Below are positions 47,751 through 59,724 of a stretch of 64,000 nt of DNA, in pieces; position 1 is the first letter of the stretch, and the number at the start of each line of letters is the position of its first letter. The translations under genes and the position numbers were made by a program. This stretch comes from Heptranchias perlo (taxonomy: Eukaryota). The notes under the pieces were generated by a model. That model was not told where the DNA came from. It saw only the letters and a program-made list of their open reading frames with translations, and ran no database searches. Location of the stretch: positions 14,446,001-14,510,000 of the forward strand of contig NC_090346.1 of NCBI RefSeq assembly GCF_035084215.1, written 5' to 3'.

Positions 47751-48960
47751 CTGCTTCAAATCTACAACTAATAGGTCAGCAAAAAAAGTGTTTATTGTAG
47801 CTTTAAAAATGTTAATTAAAATGGATTTCTGATTTTTAAATGCTGTGAATCTCTACTGGCTGCAATATTAAACCAATAGTATTGTTTATTATAAACTCCA
47901 GCTGTAGCACAAGGGGACACAGGTACAAACTAATAAAAGGTAAATTAAGGACATAATTAGGAAGTTCTTCTTCACAGAGTGATCAACTTGAAATTGATTT
48001 CCAGAGAGAATAGTGGAGGTGGTATCCTTGGAATCATTTATAAAACAATTAGACGCCGTAATGGAGGGACTTCACGGTCTTTCTGAATGGATGAATTAAG
48101 TTGGCCACTCGGCGTTCCTTATGGATAATTATTTTGCGATCTTGTGGTTTATCAGCCTTGCAGTACCACCGAGTGTCTGTGAGTGGCGCAATTGTATCAT
48201 AGATCTGTAGTGAGTAGCTCGACAGCGTCACCAGTAGGACATGAGAGACACTGCAGCTTTTTAAAAAGGGGTTTTGGGGTTTACTTTTTATAATTGGAAT
48301 GTTCCTCTAAAATTTAGCAAAGGTGTTCGAAGTAATCATGGTTTGCTACATGCTGCATAACTTCACAGTACAAAAAGGACACTTGTACCAATCTAAAAAA
48401 CCAGCAAAAGCTGACAACTCAAAAATGACCCTCAATAGAAGCATTTGACACGTGGAGACAAGTAATTGTACTGAAAATTCAGTGAGACCGTTGCAACTTA
48501 AGCTGCAGGTACATTCAACATTGCTCTACTCATATTGAAAAAACATATGGGTAGGTAAAAGCCAAATATGAGGTCCATATTTTAAAGGCACAAGATTTAG
48601 TTGAGATGTAGGTATCTATAACATACCCTCCAAAAATGTTGATCTTTGACACTTTATTTGGTGCCTTTTTCATCTAAAAATGGATATTCCTTCAATATTA
48701 TTGAAATATATCTCTACTTACCATTTGTGAATTAATTTAATTCCTTAAATTATAAAGCTTATTTCTTCTGGTTGCAGCAAATAATTTATTACTGGGAGAT
48801 AAAAGTTTTAATTATTTGCTTTTTAAAAAAAATTGCAAATTAGCAACTTTTATCAACCATTTGTGTTAGTTTGACTCAGTAGCTCTCTTGCCTCAGAGTC
48901 TGATGTTTGTGGGTTCACATCCCCCTCCAGGCTTTAAGCACATAACCTAAGTTGACATTT

Positions 48961-49185
48961 CAGTGCAGTACTGAGGGGGGGCAGTGGTATCAGAGGGGCA
49001 GCACTGAGGGAGTGCTATACTGAAGGAGGGGCAGTACTGAGAGAGTGCTGTGTTGTGGGAGTGGCAGTCCTGAGTTGTGCTGCACTGAGGGAGTGCTGCA
49101 CTGTCGAAGGGGCAATACTGAGGGAGTGATGCACTGTTGGAGGGGCAGTACTGAGGGAGTGCTGTACTGAGGGAATGCTGCACTG
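48961..49185 (+). repeat. 33-bp tandem repeat amplified from the SINE Deu domain (continues 50229-50270)
   Basis: gcagtactgag-like starts at 48965, 48998, 49031, 49064, 49112, 49145. Confidence 0.85.
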
Positions 49186-50228
49186 GACTAGTGGGGTACG
49201 GCAGGGATCAGTGCTTGGGCCCCAGCTATTCACAATATATATCAATGATTTGGATGAGGGAGCCAAATGTAAAATTTCCAAGTTTGCTGACAACACAAAA
49301 CTAGGTGAGATCGTGAGTTATGAGGAGGATGCAAAGAAGCTTCAAGGCAATTTAGACAAGTCGAGTGAGTGGGCAAATACATGGCAGATGCAGTATAATA
49401 TGGATGAATGTGAAGTTATCCACTTTGGAAGGAAAAACAGAAAGGCAGAGTATTATTTAAATGGTGATAGATTGGGAAATGTTGATGTACAAAGGGACTT
49501 GGGTGTCTTTGTACACCAGTCACCGAAAGCAAACATGCAGGTGCAGCAAGCAGTTAGGAAGGCAAATGGTATGTTGGCCTTCATTGCAAGAGGATTTGAG
49601 TATAGGAGCAAGGATGTCTTACTGCAGTTATACAGGGCCTTGGTGAGACCACACCTGGAGTATTGTGTGCAGTTTTGGTCTCCTTACCTAAGAAAGGATA
49701 CACTTGCCATAGAGGGAGTGCAGCGAAGGTTCACCAGACTGATTCCTGGGATGGCAGGACTGTCGTATAAGGAGAGATTGGGTCGACTCGGCCTGTATTC
49801 ATTCGAGTTTAGAAGAATGAGAGAGGATCTCATTGAAACATATAAAATTCTGACGGGGCTAGACAGACTGGATGCAGGGAGGATGTTTCCCCTGGCTGGG
49901 AGGTCCAGAAAGAAGGGTCACAGTCTCAGGATACGGGGTAGAACATTTAGGACTGAGATGAGAAGAAATTTCTTCACTCAGAGGGTGGCGAACCTGTGGA
50001 ATTCTCTACCACAGAAGGCTGTGGAGGCCAAGTCATTGAATATATTTAATATGGAGCTAGATAGATTTCTAAACACAAAAGGCATCAAGGGGTATGGGGA
50101 GAGAGCAGGAATATGGTATTGAGATAGAGGATCAGCCATGATCATATTGAATGGCGGAGCAGGCTCGAAGGGCCGAATGGCCTACTCCTGCTCCTATTTT
50201 CTATGTTTCTATGTATGTTTTTATGTTT
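49186..50228 (+). mobile_element. CR1 (HER1-like) 3' part inserted in a SINE-derived tandem array
   Basis: Open ORF 49175-50122 nearly identical to 29950-30893; (ctatgttt)n tail. Confidence 0.95.
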
Positions 50229-50723
50229 CTGTCGGAGGGGCAGTACTGAGGGAGTGCTGCACTGTCACAGGTGTCGTCCTTCAGATGAGACTTTAAACTG
50301 AGCTCCTGTCTGCCTGTCCAGGTTAAAGTTAAAAATCCCACACCATTATCCAAACAGGAATAGGAAAAGTGCTCTGACCAATGTTCTTTCCTTGACCAAA
50401 AACACCCAAATAAAAATAATTAGCTGGTCATTCATCTCATTGCTATTTGTGGGATCTTGCTGTGTATAAATTGTCTGCAGCACTTGCCTACGTCACAACA
50501 GTTTGTGCACTTTAAAAATGAATTTGGAAGAACTGTTTTGAGACGTTTTTCAGAGACATGATGGCATTCCCTCCCGAACCACCTTTTCTGGCTTCTTTTC
50601 TTTCCCATACCCCCAGCCACTGACCTCAGCTTCTCCCCTATCTTCTCATATGCCCTCCCCTGAAAGCACGACTCCTTACTTTTCCCCTGTCCTCCCATCC
50701 CCCGCAAAAAGTTCCACGACAAA

Positions 50724-53700
50724 TTTTTTTTTTTTTTTTTTATTCGTTCACGGGATGTGGGCGTCGCTGGCGAGGCCAGCATTTATTGCCCATCCCTAAT
50801 TGCCCTCGAGAAGGTGGTGGTGAGCCGCCTTCTTGAACCGCTGCAGTCCGTGTGGTGACGGTTCTCCCACAGTGCTGTTAGGAAGGGAGTTCCAGGATTT
50901 TGACCCAGCGACAATGAAGGAACGGCAATATATTTCCAAGTCGGGATGGTGTGTGACTTGGAGGGGAACGTGCAGGTGGTGTTGTTCCCATGTGCCTGCT
51001 GCTCTTGTCCTTCTAGGTGGTAGAGGTCGCGGGTTTGGGAGGTGCTGTCGAAGAAGCCTTGGCGAGTTGCTGCAGTGCATCCTGTGGATGGTACACACTG
51101 CAGCCACAGTGCGCCGGTGGTGAAGGGAGTGAATGTTTAGGGTGATGGATGGGGTGCCAATCAAGCGGGCTGCTTTATCTTGGATGGTGTCGAGCTTCTT
51201 GAGTGTTGTTGCAGCTGCACTCATCCAGGCAAGTGGAGAGTATTCCATCACACTCCTGACTTGTGCCTTGTAGATGGTGGAAAGGCTTTGGGGAGTCAGG
51301 AGGTGAGTCACTCGCCGCAGAACACCCAGCCTCTGACCTGCTCTTGTAGCCACAGTATTTATATGGCTGGTCCAGTTCAGTTTCTGGTCAATGGTGACCC
51401 CCAGGATGTTGATGGTGGGGGATTCGGCGATGGTAATGCCGTTGAATGTCAAGGGGAGGTGGTTAGACTTTCTCTTGTTGGAGATGGTCATTGCCTGGCA
51501 CTTATCTGACGCGAATGTTACTTGCCACTTATGAGCCCAAGCCTGGATGTTGTCCAGGTCTTGCTGCATGCGGGCTCGGACTGCTTCATTATCTGAGGGG
51601 TTGCGAATGGAACTGAACACTGTGCAGTCATCAGCGAACATCCCCATTTCTGACCTTATGATGGAGGGAAGGTCATTGATGAAGCAGCTGAAGATGGTTG
51701 GGCCTAGGACACTGCCCTGAGGAACTCCTGCAGCAATGCCCTGGGGCTGAGATGATTGGCCTCCAACAACCACTACCATCTTCCTTTGTGCTAGGTATGA
51801 CTCCAGCCACTGGAGAGTTTTCCCCCTGATTCCCATGGACTTAATTTTACTAGGGCTCCTTGGTGCCACACTCGGTCAAATGCTGCCTTGATGTCAAGGG
51901 CAGTCACTCTCACCTCACCTCTGGAATTCAGCTCTTTTGTCCATGTTTGGACCAAGGCTGTAATGAGGTCTGGAGCCGAGTGGTCCTGGCGGAACCCAAA
52001 CTGAGCATCGGTGAGCAGGTTATTGGTGAGTAAGTGCCGCTTGATAGCACTGTCGACGACACCTTCCATCACTTTGCTGATGATTGAGAGTAGACTGATG
52101 GGGCGGTAATTGGCCGGATTGGATTTGTCCTGCTTTTTGTGGACAGGACATACCTGGGCAATTTTCCACATTGTCGGGTGGATGCCAGTGTTGTAGCTGT
52201 ACTGGAACAGCTTGGCTAGAGGCGCAGCTAGTTCTGGAGCACAAGTCTTCAGCACTACAGCTGGGATGTTGTCGGGGCCCATAGTCTTTGCTGTATCCAG
52301 TGCACTCAGCCGTTTCTTGATATCACGTGGAGTGAATCGAATTGGCCGAAGACTGGCTTCCGTGATGGTGGGGATATCGGGAGGAGGCTGAGATGGATCA
52401 TCCACTCGGCACTTCTGGCTGAAGATGGTTGCAAACGCTTCAGCCTTGTCTTTTGCACTCACGTGCTGGACTCCGCCATCATTGAGAATGGGGATGTTTG
52501 CAGAGCCTCCTCCTCCCGTTAGTTGTTTAATTGTCCACCACCATTCACGACTGGATGTGGCAGGACTGCAGCGCTTTGATCTGATCCGTTGGTTGTGGAA
52601 TCGCTTAGCTCTGTCTATAGCATGTTGCTTCCGCTGTTTAGCATGCATGTAGTCCTGAGTTGTAGCTTCACCAGGTTGGTACCTCATTTTTAGGTACGCC
52701 TGGTGCTGCTCCTGGCATGCTCTTCTACACTCCTCATTGAACCAGGGTTGATCCCCTGGCTTGTTGGTAATGGTAGAGTGAGGAATATGCCGGGCCATGA
52801 GGTTACAGATTGTGGTGGAATACAATTCTGCTGCTGCTGATGGCCCACAGCGCCTCATGGATGCCCAATTTTGAGCTGCTAGATCCGTTCTGAATCTATC
52901 CCATTTAGCACGGTCGTAGTGCCACACAACACGTTGGATGGTGTCCTCAGTGCGAAGACGGGACTTCATCTCCACGAGGACTGTGCGGTGGTCACTCTTA
53001 CCAATAATGTCATGGACAGATGCATTTGCGACAGGGAGATTGGTGAGGACAAGGTCAAGTAAGTTTTTCCCTCGTGTTGGTTCGCTCACCACCTGCCGCA
53101 GGCCCAGTTTCGCAGCTATGTCCTTCAGGACTCGGCCAGCTCGGTCAGTAGTGGTGCTACCGAGCCACTCTTGGTGATGGACATTGAAGTCCCCCACCCA
53201 GAGTACATTTTGTGCCCTTGCTACCCTCAGTGCTTCCTCCAAGTGGTGCTCAACATGGAGGAGGACTGATTCATCAGCTGAGGGAGGACGGTAGGTGGTA
53301 ATCAGCAGGAGGTTTCCTTGCCCATGTTTGACCTGATGCCATGAGATTTCATGGGGTCCAGAGTCAATGTTGAGGACTCCCAGGGCCACTCCCTCCTGAC
53401 TGTATATCACTGTACCGCCACCTCTGGTGGGAGGACCCTAGGCAAGACAGAGGGTCAGAGGGATCTTGGTGTGCAAGTTCACAGATCCCTGAAGGCGGCG
53501 GAACAGGTAGATAAGGTGGTAAAGAAGGCATATGGGATACTTGCCTTTATTAGCCGAGGCATAGAATATAAGAGCAAGGAGGTTATGATGGAGCTGTATA
53601 AAACACTGGTTAGGCCACAGCTGGAGTACTGTGTGCAGTTCTGGTCGCCACACTACAGGAAGGATGTGATCGCTTTGGAGAGGGTGCAGAGGAGATTCAC

Positions 53701-54712
53701 CAGGATGTTACCAGGGCTGGAGCGCTTCAGCTATGAAGAGAGACTGGGAAGATTGGGTTTGTTTTCCTTGGAGCAGAGGAGGCTGAGGGGGGACATGATT
53801 GAGGTGTACAAAATTATGAGGGGCACAGATAGGATGGATACTAAGGAGCTTTTTCCCTTCGTTGAGGGTACTATAACAAGGGGACATAGATTCAAAGTAA
53901 AAGGCGGGAGGTTTAGAGGGGATTTGAGAAAGAACTTTTTCACCCAGAGGGTGGTTGGAGTCTGGAACTCACTGCCTGAAAGGGTTGTGGAGGCAGGAAC
54001 CCTCACAACATTCAAGAAGCATTTGGATGAGCACTTGAAATGCCATAGCATACAAGGCTACGGACCAAATGCTGGAATATGGGATTAGAGTAGACAGGGC
54101 TGATGGCCGGCGCGGACACGATGGGCCGAAGGGCCTCTATCCGTGCTGTATAACTCTATGACTCTATGACTCTATGACATACCCAGGGATGGTGATGGAA
54201 GAGTCTGGGACGTTGGCTGAAAGATATGATTCTGTAAGTATGGCTATGTCAGGCTGTTGCTTGACTGGTCTGTGGGACAGCTCTCCCAATTTTGGCACAA
54301 GTCCCCAGATGTTAGTAAGGAGGAACTTGCAGGGTCGACTGGGCTTGGTGTTTTGCCGTTGTCGTGTCCGGTGCCTAGTGGTCCGATGCCGGGTGGTCCG
54401 TCCGGTTTTATTCTTATTATGACTTTTCGTAGCGAGATTTTACAACTGAGTGGCTTGCTAGGCCATTTCAGAGGGCAATTAAGAATCAACCACATTGCTG
54501 TGGGTCTGGAGTCACATATAGGCCAGACCGGGTAAGGACGGCAGGTTTCCTTCCCTAAAGGACATTAGTGAACCAGATGGGTTTTTACGACAATCCGGTA
54601 GTTTCATGGCCATCATCACTGATACTAGTATTTTAATTCCAGATTTTTTATTTAATTAATTGAATTTAATTCATTAATTGAATTTAAATTCGCCAGCTGC
54701 TGGGGCGGGATT
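50724..54712 (-). mobile_element. tRNA-headed LINE family, copy 3, near full length (ends inside the B box), young
   Basis: T18 tail 50724-50741. ORFs 51791-53410 and 50796-51869 are separated by one frameshift near 51840. The 5' leader matches the copy 2 leader. Confidence 0.95.
53432..54178 (+). mobile_element. Young CR1 3' fragment nested in LINE copy 3
   Basis: Open ORF to 54088; tail (actctatg)3; interrupts the host APE domain. Confidence 0.95.
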
Positions 54713-55116
54713 CTCCCCTTCCTCTCACCCTCCCACCCCCCCCAAGAAAATACGCTGCTCCCAGTTTCTCCACCTACAGTGTACAGTGATATTTAACCAC
54801 TTACAGCAGCGGTGATGACAGGAGGCAGGAGTTTGGGAACGGAGCTGTACGGGGAGGTGCTTCCTGCCCTGATTTTTATCCACTAACATGGGCAAGCAGA
54901 CAGTGCCCCCAAAATACTAATTGTCTATGTCAAACACAAATGGTTGGTATCTATGAGAGGGATAAACATATCTGCTGAATAGGAGTTCCATGGAGCCTGA
55001 AATCAGGCATCCGCCCCGTTCTCGGAGGGAAGGGTGGTGGGGAGGGTCAGTTTAAAATCCGGGCTTATATATTTTAAATATCTGAGATGTGACTGGTTAC
55101 CGTGCTAGTTGTCAGT

Positions 55117-55575
55117 GTCAGCCATGGCTCAGTGAGTCGCATGCTCGTCTGAGACAGAAGGTTGTAGGTTCAAGCCCCACTTCAGAGACTTGTGCACAAA
55201 ATCCAGGTTCACACTCCAGTGCAGTGCTCGGGGAATGTTGCACTGTCGGAGGTGCCGTCTCTCAAATGAGACATTAAACCGAGGCCCCGTCTGACCTCTC
55301 AGGTGGAGGTTAAAGATCCCATGGCACTTTTTAGAAGAAGAGCAGGGGAGTTCTCCCCGGTGTCCGAGCCAAATTTAATCCTCAACAATACCTAAAAACA
55401 GGTTATCTAGTCATTATCACACTGCTGTTTGTTGGATCTTGCTGTGCACAAATTGGCTGCTGCATTTCCTACATTACAACAGTGACTACACTTCAAAAAG
55501 TACTTAATTGGCTGTAAAACGCTTTGGGACGTCCGGAGATCATGAAAGGTGCTATATAAATGCAAGTCTTTATTT
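55117..55575 (+). mobile_element. Deu-domain SINE copy
   Basis: Head with A box and GGTTCAAGCC B box, Deu core, tail. Confidence 0.85.
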
Positions 55576-56449
55576 TCCTCAGGTTGCAGAAAATAGGCAT
55601 TCCAATCTGGTATGCGAAAGGGGCAAATTTCAAAGGCGCTATTCTTTGCAGATGTGTTTTGAATGCAAAGCAAGTAGAAACCTTTTACCACAGATTAGGG
55701 GATTTGTCCTGTAATCTGTCAGATTACAGTAAAATGCCTGGTAATGCAGCAAACGGGCAGTCCTTTCACATCTGAAGGAAATTCAGGAAACCTTTCCTTT
55801 AAATTGATAAACTTTGTTTCCAATGTGGAAGGAACCTTTTATTTCCCTTTTTCTAATGTTTTAACTTTTAAGATACATTGCCCACTAACATCTCCTGTTT
55901 ATAAATCCTGTGGATTTTAAAAAATCTGGTGCAATTTTGAGAGATACATATTTGAGTTCCTTTGTTCCTAGATGAACTTCAAAAGGGCTTGGATTGTACA
56001 GTGTAGTCCATCTAATTTGAAGTGGCTTATTGTGGGGAAAAAAAATTGAAATTAGCTGGCAGCAGAGATAAATTGAGTTTAATGGTGTTTCAATGAAACG
56101 GCACGGAAACACTTAAAATGCCATAAAACATCAAACAACAACTATTAAAGTCAAAACGACAGGGCTGTACAAGCTGTCCAGCACAAAGTTCAGTCGTTTC
56201 ACAAAATAATCTGTGACTGTGGTTTGCTTCATTGGTCCCCAGAACTGCCAACTCTGTTTAGCAGGGAGAAAAAAGTTCCAGCCAGACATCTGGCTTAGTC
56301 ATCAGCCAATTCCTCAGCAATCGCACATAAACGGACACGGTGGCTTTGGTGGAGGCCAGTTCCTCCTCCGTCTGCTCCTAGGGTTCGTTTGCTTGCACTC
56401 CCATGGGCGGTAGCATCCTTCCACGAAACGCAACAATATTTCTTATCTT

Positions 56450-56815
56450 GCTCGATTTTAAAATTCTCTTTAACCTCCTCCACCCCTACAACCCTCTGAG
56501 ATCTCTGCTCCCCTCCAATTCTAGTCTTTTGCGCATCCCCGATTTTAATCGCTCCACCATTGGAGGCCGTACCTTCAGCTGCCTTGGCCTTAAGCTCTGG
56601 AATTCCCTCCCTATACCTTTCCTCCTCTCCACCTCTCTCTCCTCCTTTAAGACGCTCCTTAAAAACTACCTCTTTGACCAAGCTTTTTGGTCACCTGTCC
56701 TAATATCTCCTTATGTGGCTCAGTGTCAAATTTTGTTTGATAATCGCTCCTGTGAAGCGCCTTGGGATGTTTTACTACGTTAAAGGTGCTATATAAATGC
56801 AAATTGTTGTTGTTG
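56450..56815 (+). mobile_element. L2-like LINE 3' end
   Basis: GGRTFSCLGLKLWNSLP..SLSSFKTLLKNYLF L2-type C-terminus plus gtgaagcgccttggg...gctatataaatgc(ttg)n tail. Confidence 0.85.
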
Positions 56816-57479
56816 CGGTGTGCAAATTTTTCTTTTCAAAACCAAAAATGGACGTGGAACTCACTGCATGTACAAACTCTCGCTGTCAGCTCTGATTTAA
56901 AGGGATACGGTCACTTAAAGGTAAATGGCTGCATACAGTGGCAAATATATCTGTAGACAGCCAACTGTTCAATTTGACATTTGATGGTGGCTTGGAAGGA
57001 TCCAGCGGCTGAAATGTTTAATGTTTGTCCAAGAGATGAGCCTCCCCTGTGGTGAAATTATCAGCAGCTCAGCTTGCAGGAGCTGGCAGCCTCACCTGTG
57101 AAGCAGAAAGCAGCAAAGGCAGGTCTCCTGTGACATGTACTGGTAGGTGTGGCAGGGTCTGTAAAGTTGGGTCTTGGGATAGTGATGGGTGTGAGCATAA
57201 TGATATCATTGCACCTGCATTTGTTGCCTCCCCCATGAAACCATCTTCCTCATCCAGATCATGCAGAGCTATCAGACCCTCAAAAAGGAATTCCTATCTT
57301 CATCACTTTGGTGCCATTTAAATTGCAGCAACTATCAAGAATACTGAAGGAAAGCATCGGCAAAAGGAAACAAACAATGAAAATATGAAATGGCACACTC
57401 TCCAAAAATTACAACCAATACATGGAACAAAATGCAAAGAATCTTGAATGCTAATTGAAAAAAAGTCGCATTTAGGAAA

Positions 57480-57895
57480 GAAAGAACTTACATTTAAATA
57501 GCTCTTTTCACGACCTCAGGACGTCCCAAAGTGCTTTACAGCCAATGAAGTACTTTTGAAGTGTGATCACTGTTGTAATGTAGGAAACGCAGCAGCCAAT
57601 TTGCACACAGCAAGATCCCACAAACAGCAATGAGATAAATGACCAGATAATCTGTTTTAATAATATTGGTTGAGGGACAAATATTGGCCAGGACACCAAG
57701 AGAACTCCTCTGCTCTTCTGCGAATAGTACTGTGGGATTTTTTACATCCACCTGAGAGGGCAGACATCTCACCCAATAGACGGCATCTCCAACAGTGCAG
57801 CACTCCCTCGGCACTGCACTGAAGTGTCATCCTTGAACACACGACCTTCTGACTCGGAGGCGAGAGTACTATTCCTGATCCATGGCTGACACTTG
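57480..57895 (-). mobile_element. Deu-domain SINE copy
   Basis: Family match. Confidence 0.8.
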
Positions 57896-57917
57896 GCAGA
57901 CAAAATACAGACACGAG

Positions 57918-58650
57918 GTTTATCAGATTCGGGGTTACCAGTGAGCGAAGTTAGTGAGTAGCATTAGGTTCAGGGTTAATGCATTCAGAGTTATCATGTT
58001 TGGGTTAATTTTGGTCAGTGCTGCTGGGTTCAGGGTTATTTGGCTCATAGTTATCAGGTTTGGGGTTATCAGGCTTAGAGTTATTAGGTTCAGGGTTATT
58101 AGGCTTGCAGTTATCATATTCAGGGTTTATTAGGCATAAGGTTATCCGCCTCACTAATATCAGGTTGTGGGTTGTCAGACTCTGGATTATGAGGCTCAGA
58201 GTTATTAGATTGAGGATTATCAGATTTAGGGTTATCAGGCTCAGGGTTTCTTAGCCTTGGCATTATTAGGCTTTGCATTAGCCAACAGTGAATTTCATTT
58301 GCAATTTCTAAGCCCAACTTCTCAATCTATCCAGATCCCTCTGCACCTGATCAGGCTGCTCTTGATTCTTTGCCCTCCCCACCCCACCTTGGAGTTATTG
58401 GAAAAGTTTTCTCTCGATTCCCATTTCCAAATCATTGATATACGTTGTGAATAGCAAAGGTCCCAGGACTGATCTTTGGGGATATTAGTGAGCAGGGTTA
58501 TCAGATTAGTTCTGGGTTATGAGGATCAGGGTTAGCAAACTTTTGATTATTAGGTTCAGCTTGTTAGGTTTGGGATTAACAGGATTATGGTTTTTGTTTA
58601 TGGTTATTGGTCTTGGTTACCAGACTCGAAGTAATAATGCTGTGGGTTAT
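57918..58650 (+). repeat. Degenerate 15-bp tandem repeat (AGGGTTATCAGGTTC)n
   Basis: Recurring gggttat/aggtt; overlapping ORFs show a 5-aa period (LITLN, VIRLR). Confidence 0.75.
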
Positions 58651-59420
58651 TAAGCTCTGGATTCTCGGGGTGTTAGCAGGCACAGGCTTGACGCATCTGG
58701 AATTACTAGGTCTATCAGGCTTGGGTTAGTAGTGGAGACCTTTAAAATCAGATTTGACCAATATATGTAATAAATCAGTAAAACACAACTTCTGCCTGGT
58801 TCCTCTCTCTTTTCAGAAGTTTCCCCCCCCCCCCCCCATTTAGTCATGACCCTTACCTTGGCATCTGGGAGGCAACACGTCATTCTGGCTGTGGGTAATG
58901 GGAGTCCTATTGATAATCACAGACGCCTCGATGTTCTCCTACTTTACATACAATCATACCTGTGTCATTACTAAAGGTTACATCTGGAATAACCTTCATC
59001 TGCATTAACTGTTTGACAAGCTAAGTAGGGAAGCAATCCTGTGCCACCTCAAGAAACCGACACAACACCTTAGCTTTTCCTCCACTGTTTTCCTACATCT
59101 TATCTGGGTAATGGAGATTCTCCTTGTTTACAGGCCTTCCTGATCTGTGAAAAATATTTCATCTTCTCTCACTTCCTGTCCAACATCCAATAATTTCTTT
59201 CTTTTGCATCATTGACCTCAATCCACATTGTTTCTGTTGCATCACCCGAGTCACTCATATAATTTCTTTCTGTGCGGTGTTCTCTCCTATTCCTTCTGTA
59301 GGCTCCGTGCTTCTGTATTTTGATCTGCCCAATATCCTTGCTTACCTTAGTCACTGCTATTCCTATTGCATTACATTTTTCCTCAGGACCTAGATTTCAA
59401 ATTACCATTTGCTTCACATG
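58260..59420 (-). mobile_element. Highly degenerate CR1 remnants (RT, ORF1-like and APE pieces)
   Basis: RT-like remnant 58260-58490; TCCLPDAKVRV resembling CR1 ORF1 esterase VCCLPGARV near 58850-58883; ETMWIEV APE-like piece. Confidence 0.5.
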
Positions 59421-59724
59421 TTCCTAGCGTGTGTATACAATACTTAGCTCTTCAATTTTGTTTTTCTTTTTACCCCCCACATTTCCTTGTTGCAGACTCA
59501 CCCTTTCCTTAGTATTAATGTATATTGAAAAGGTATGTTTAAATGTGGGAGGCCATTTGGCTCAACTGGCTCATCCTTGCGCAGAAACCTACTGTCTCGA
59601 CGTAGCATTCAACTGCCCATTGAATGACTCCACTTTGCCCCCACTACCCGACCTGGGTATTAAACGTTCTTTTTTTGGAGTGCTTCCTGAACTTGCCTGT
59701 TACCAATTGGTACCATTGGTTCTA

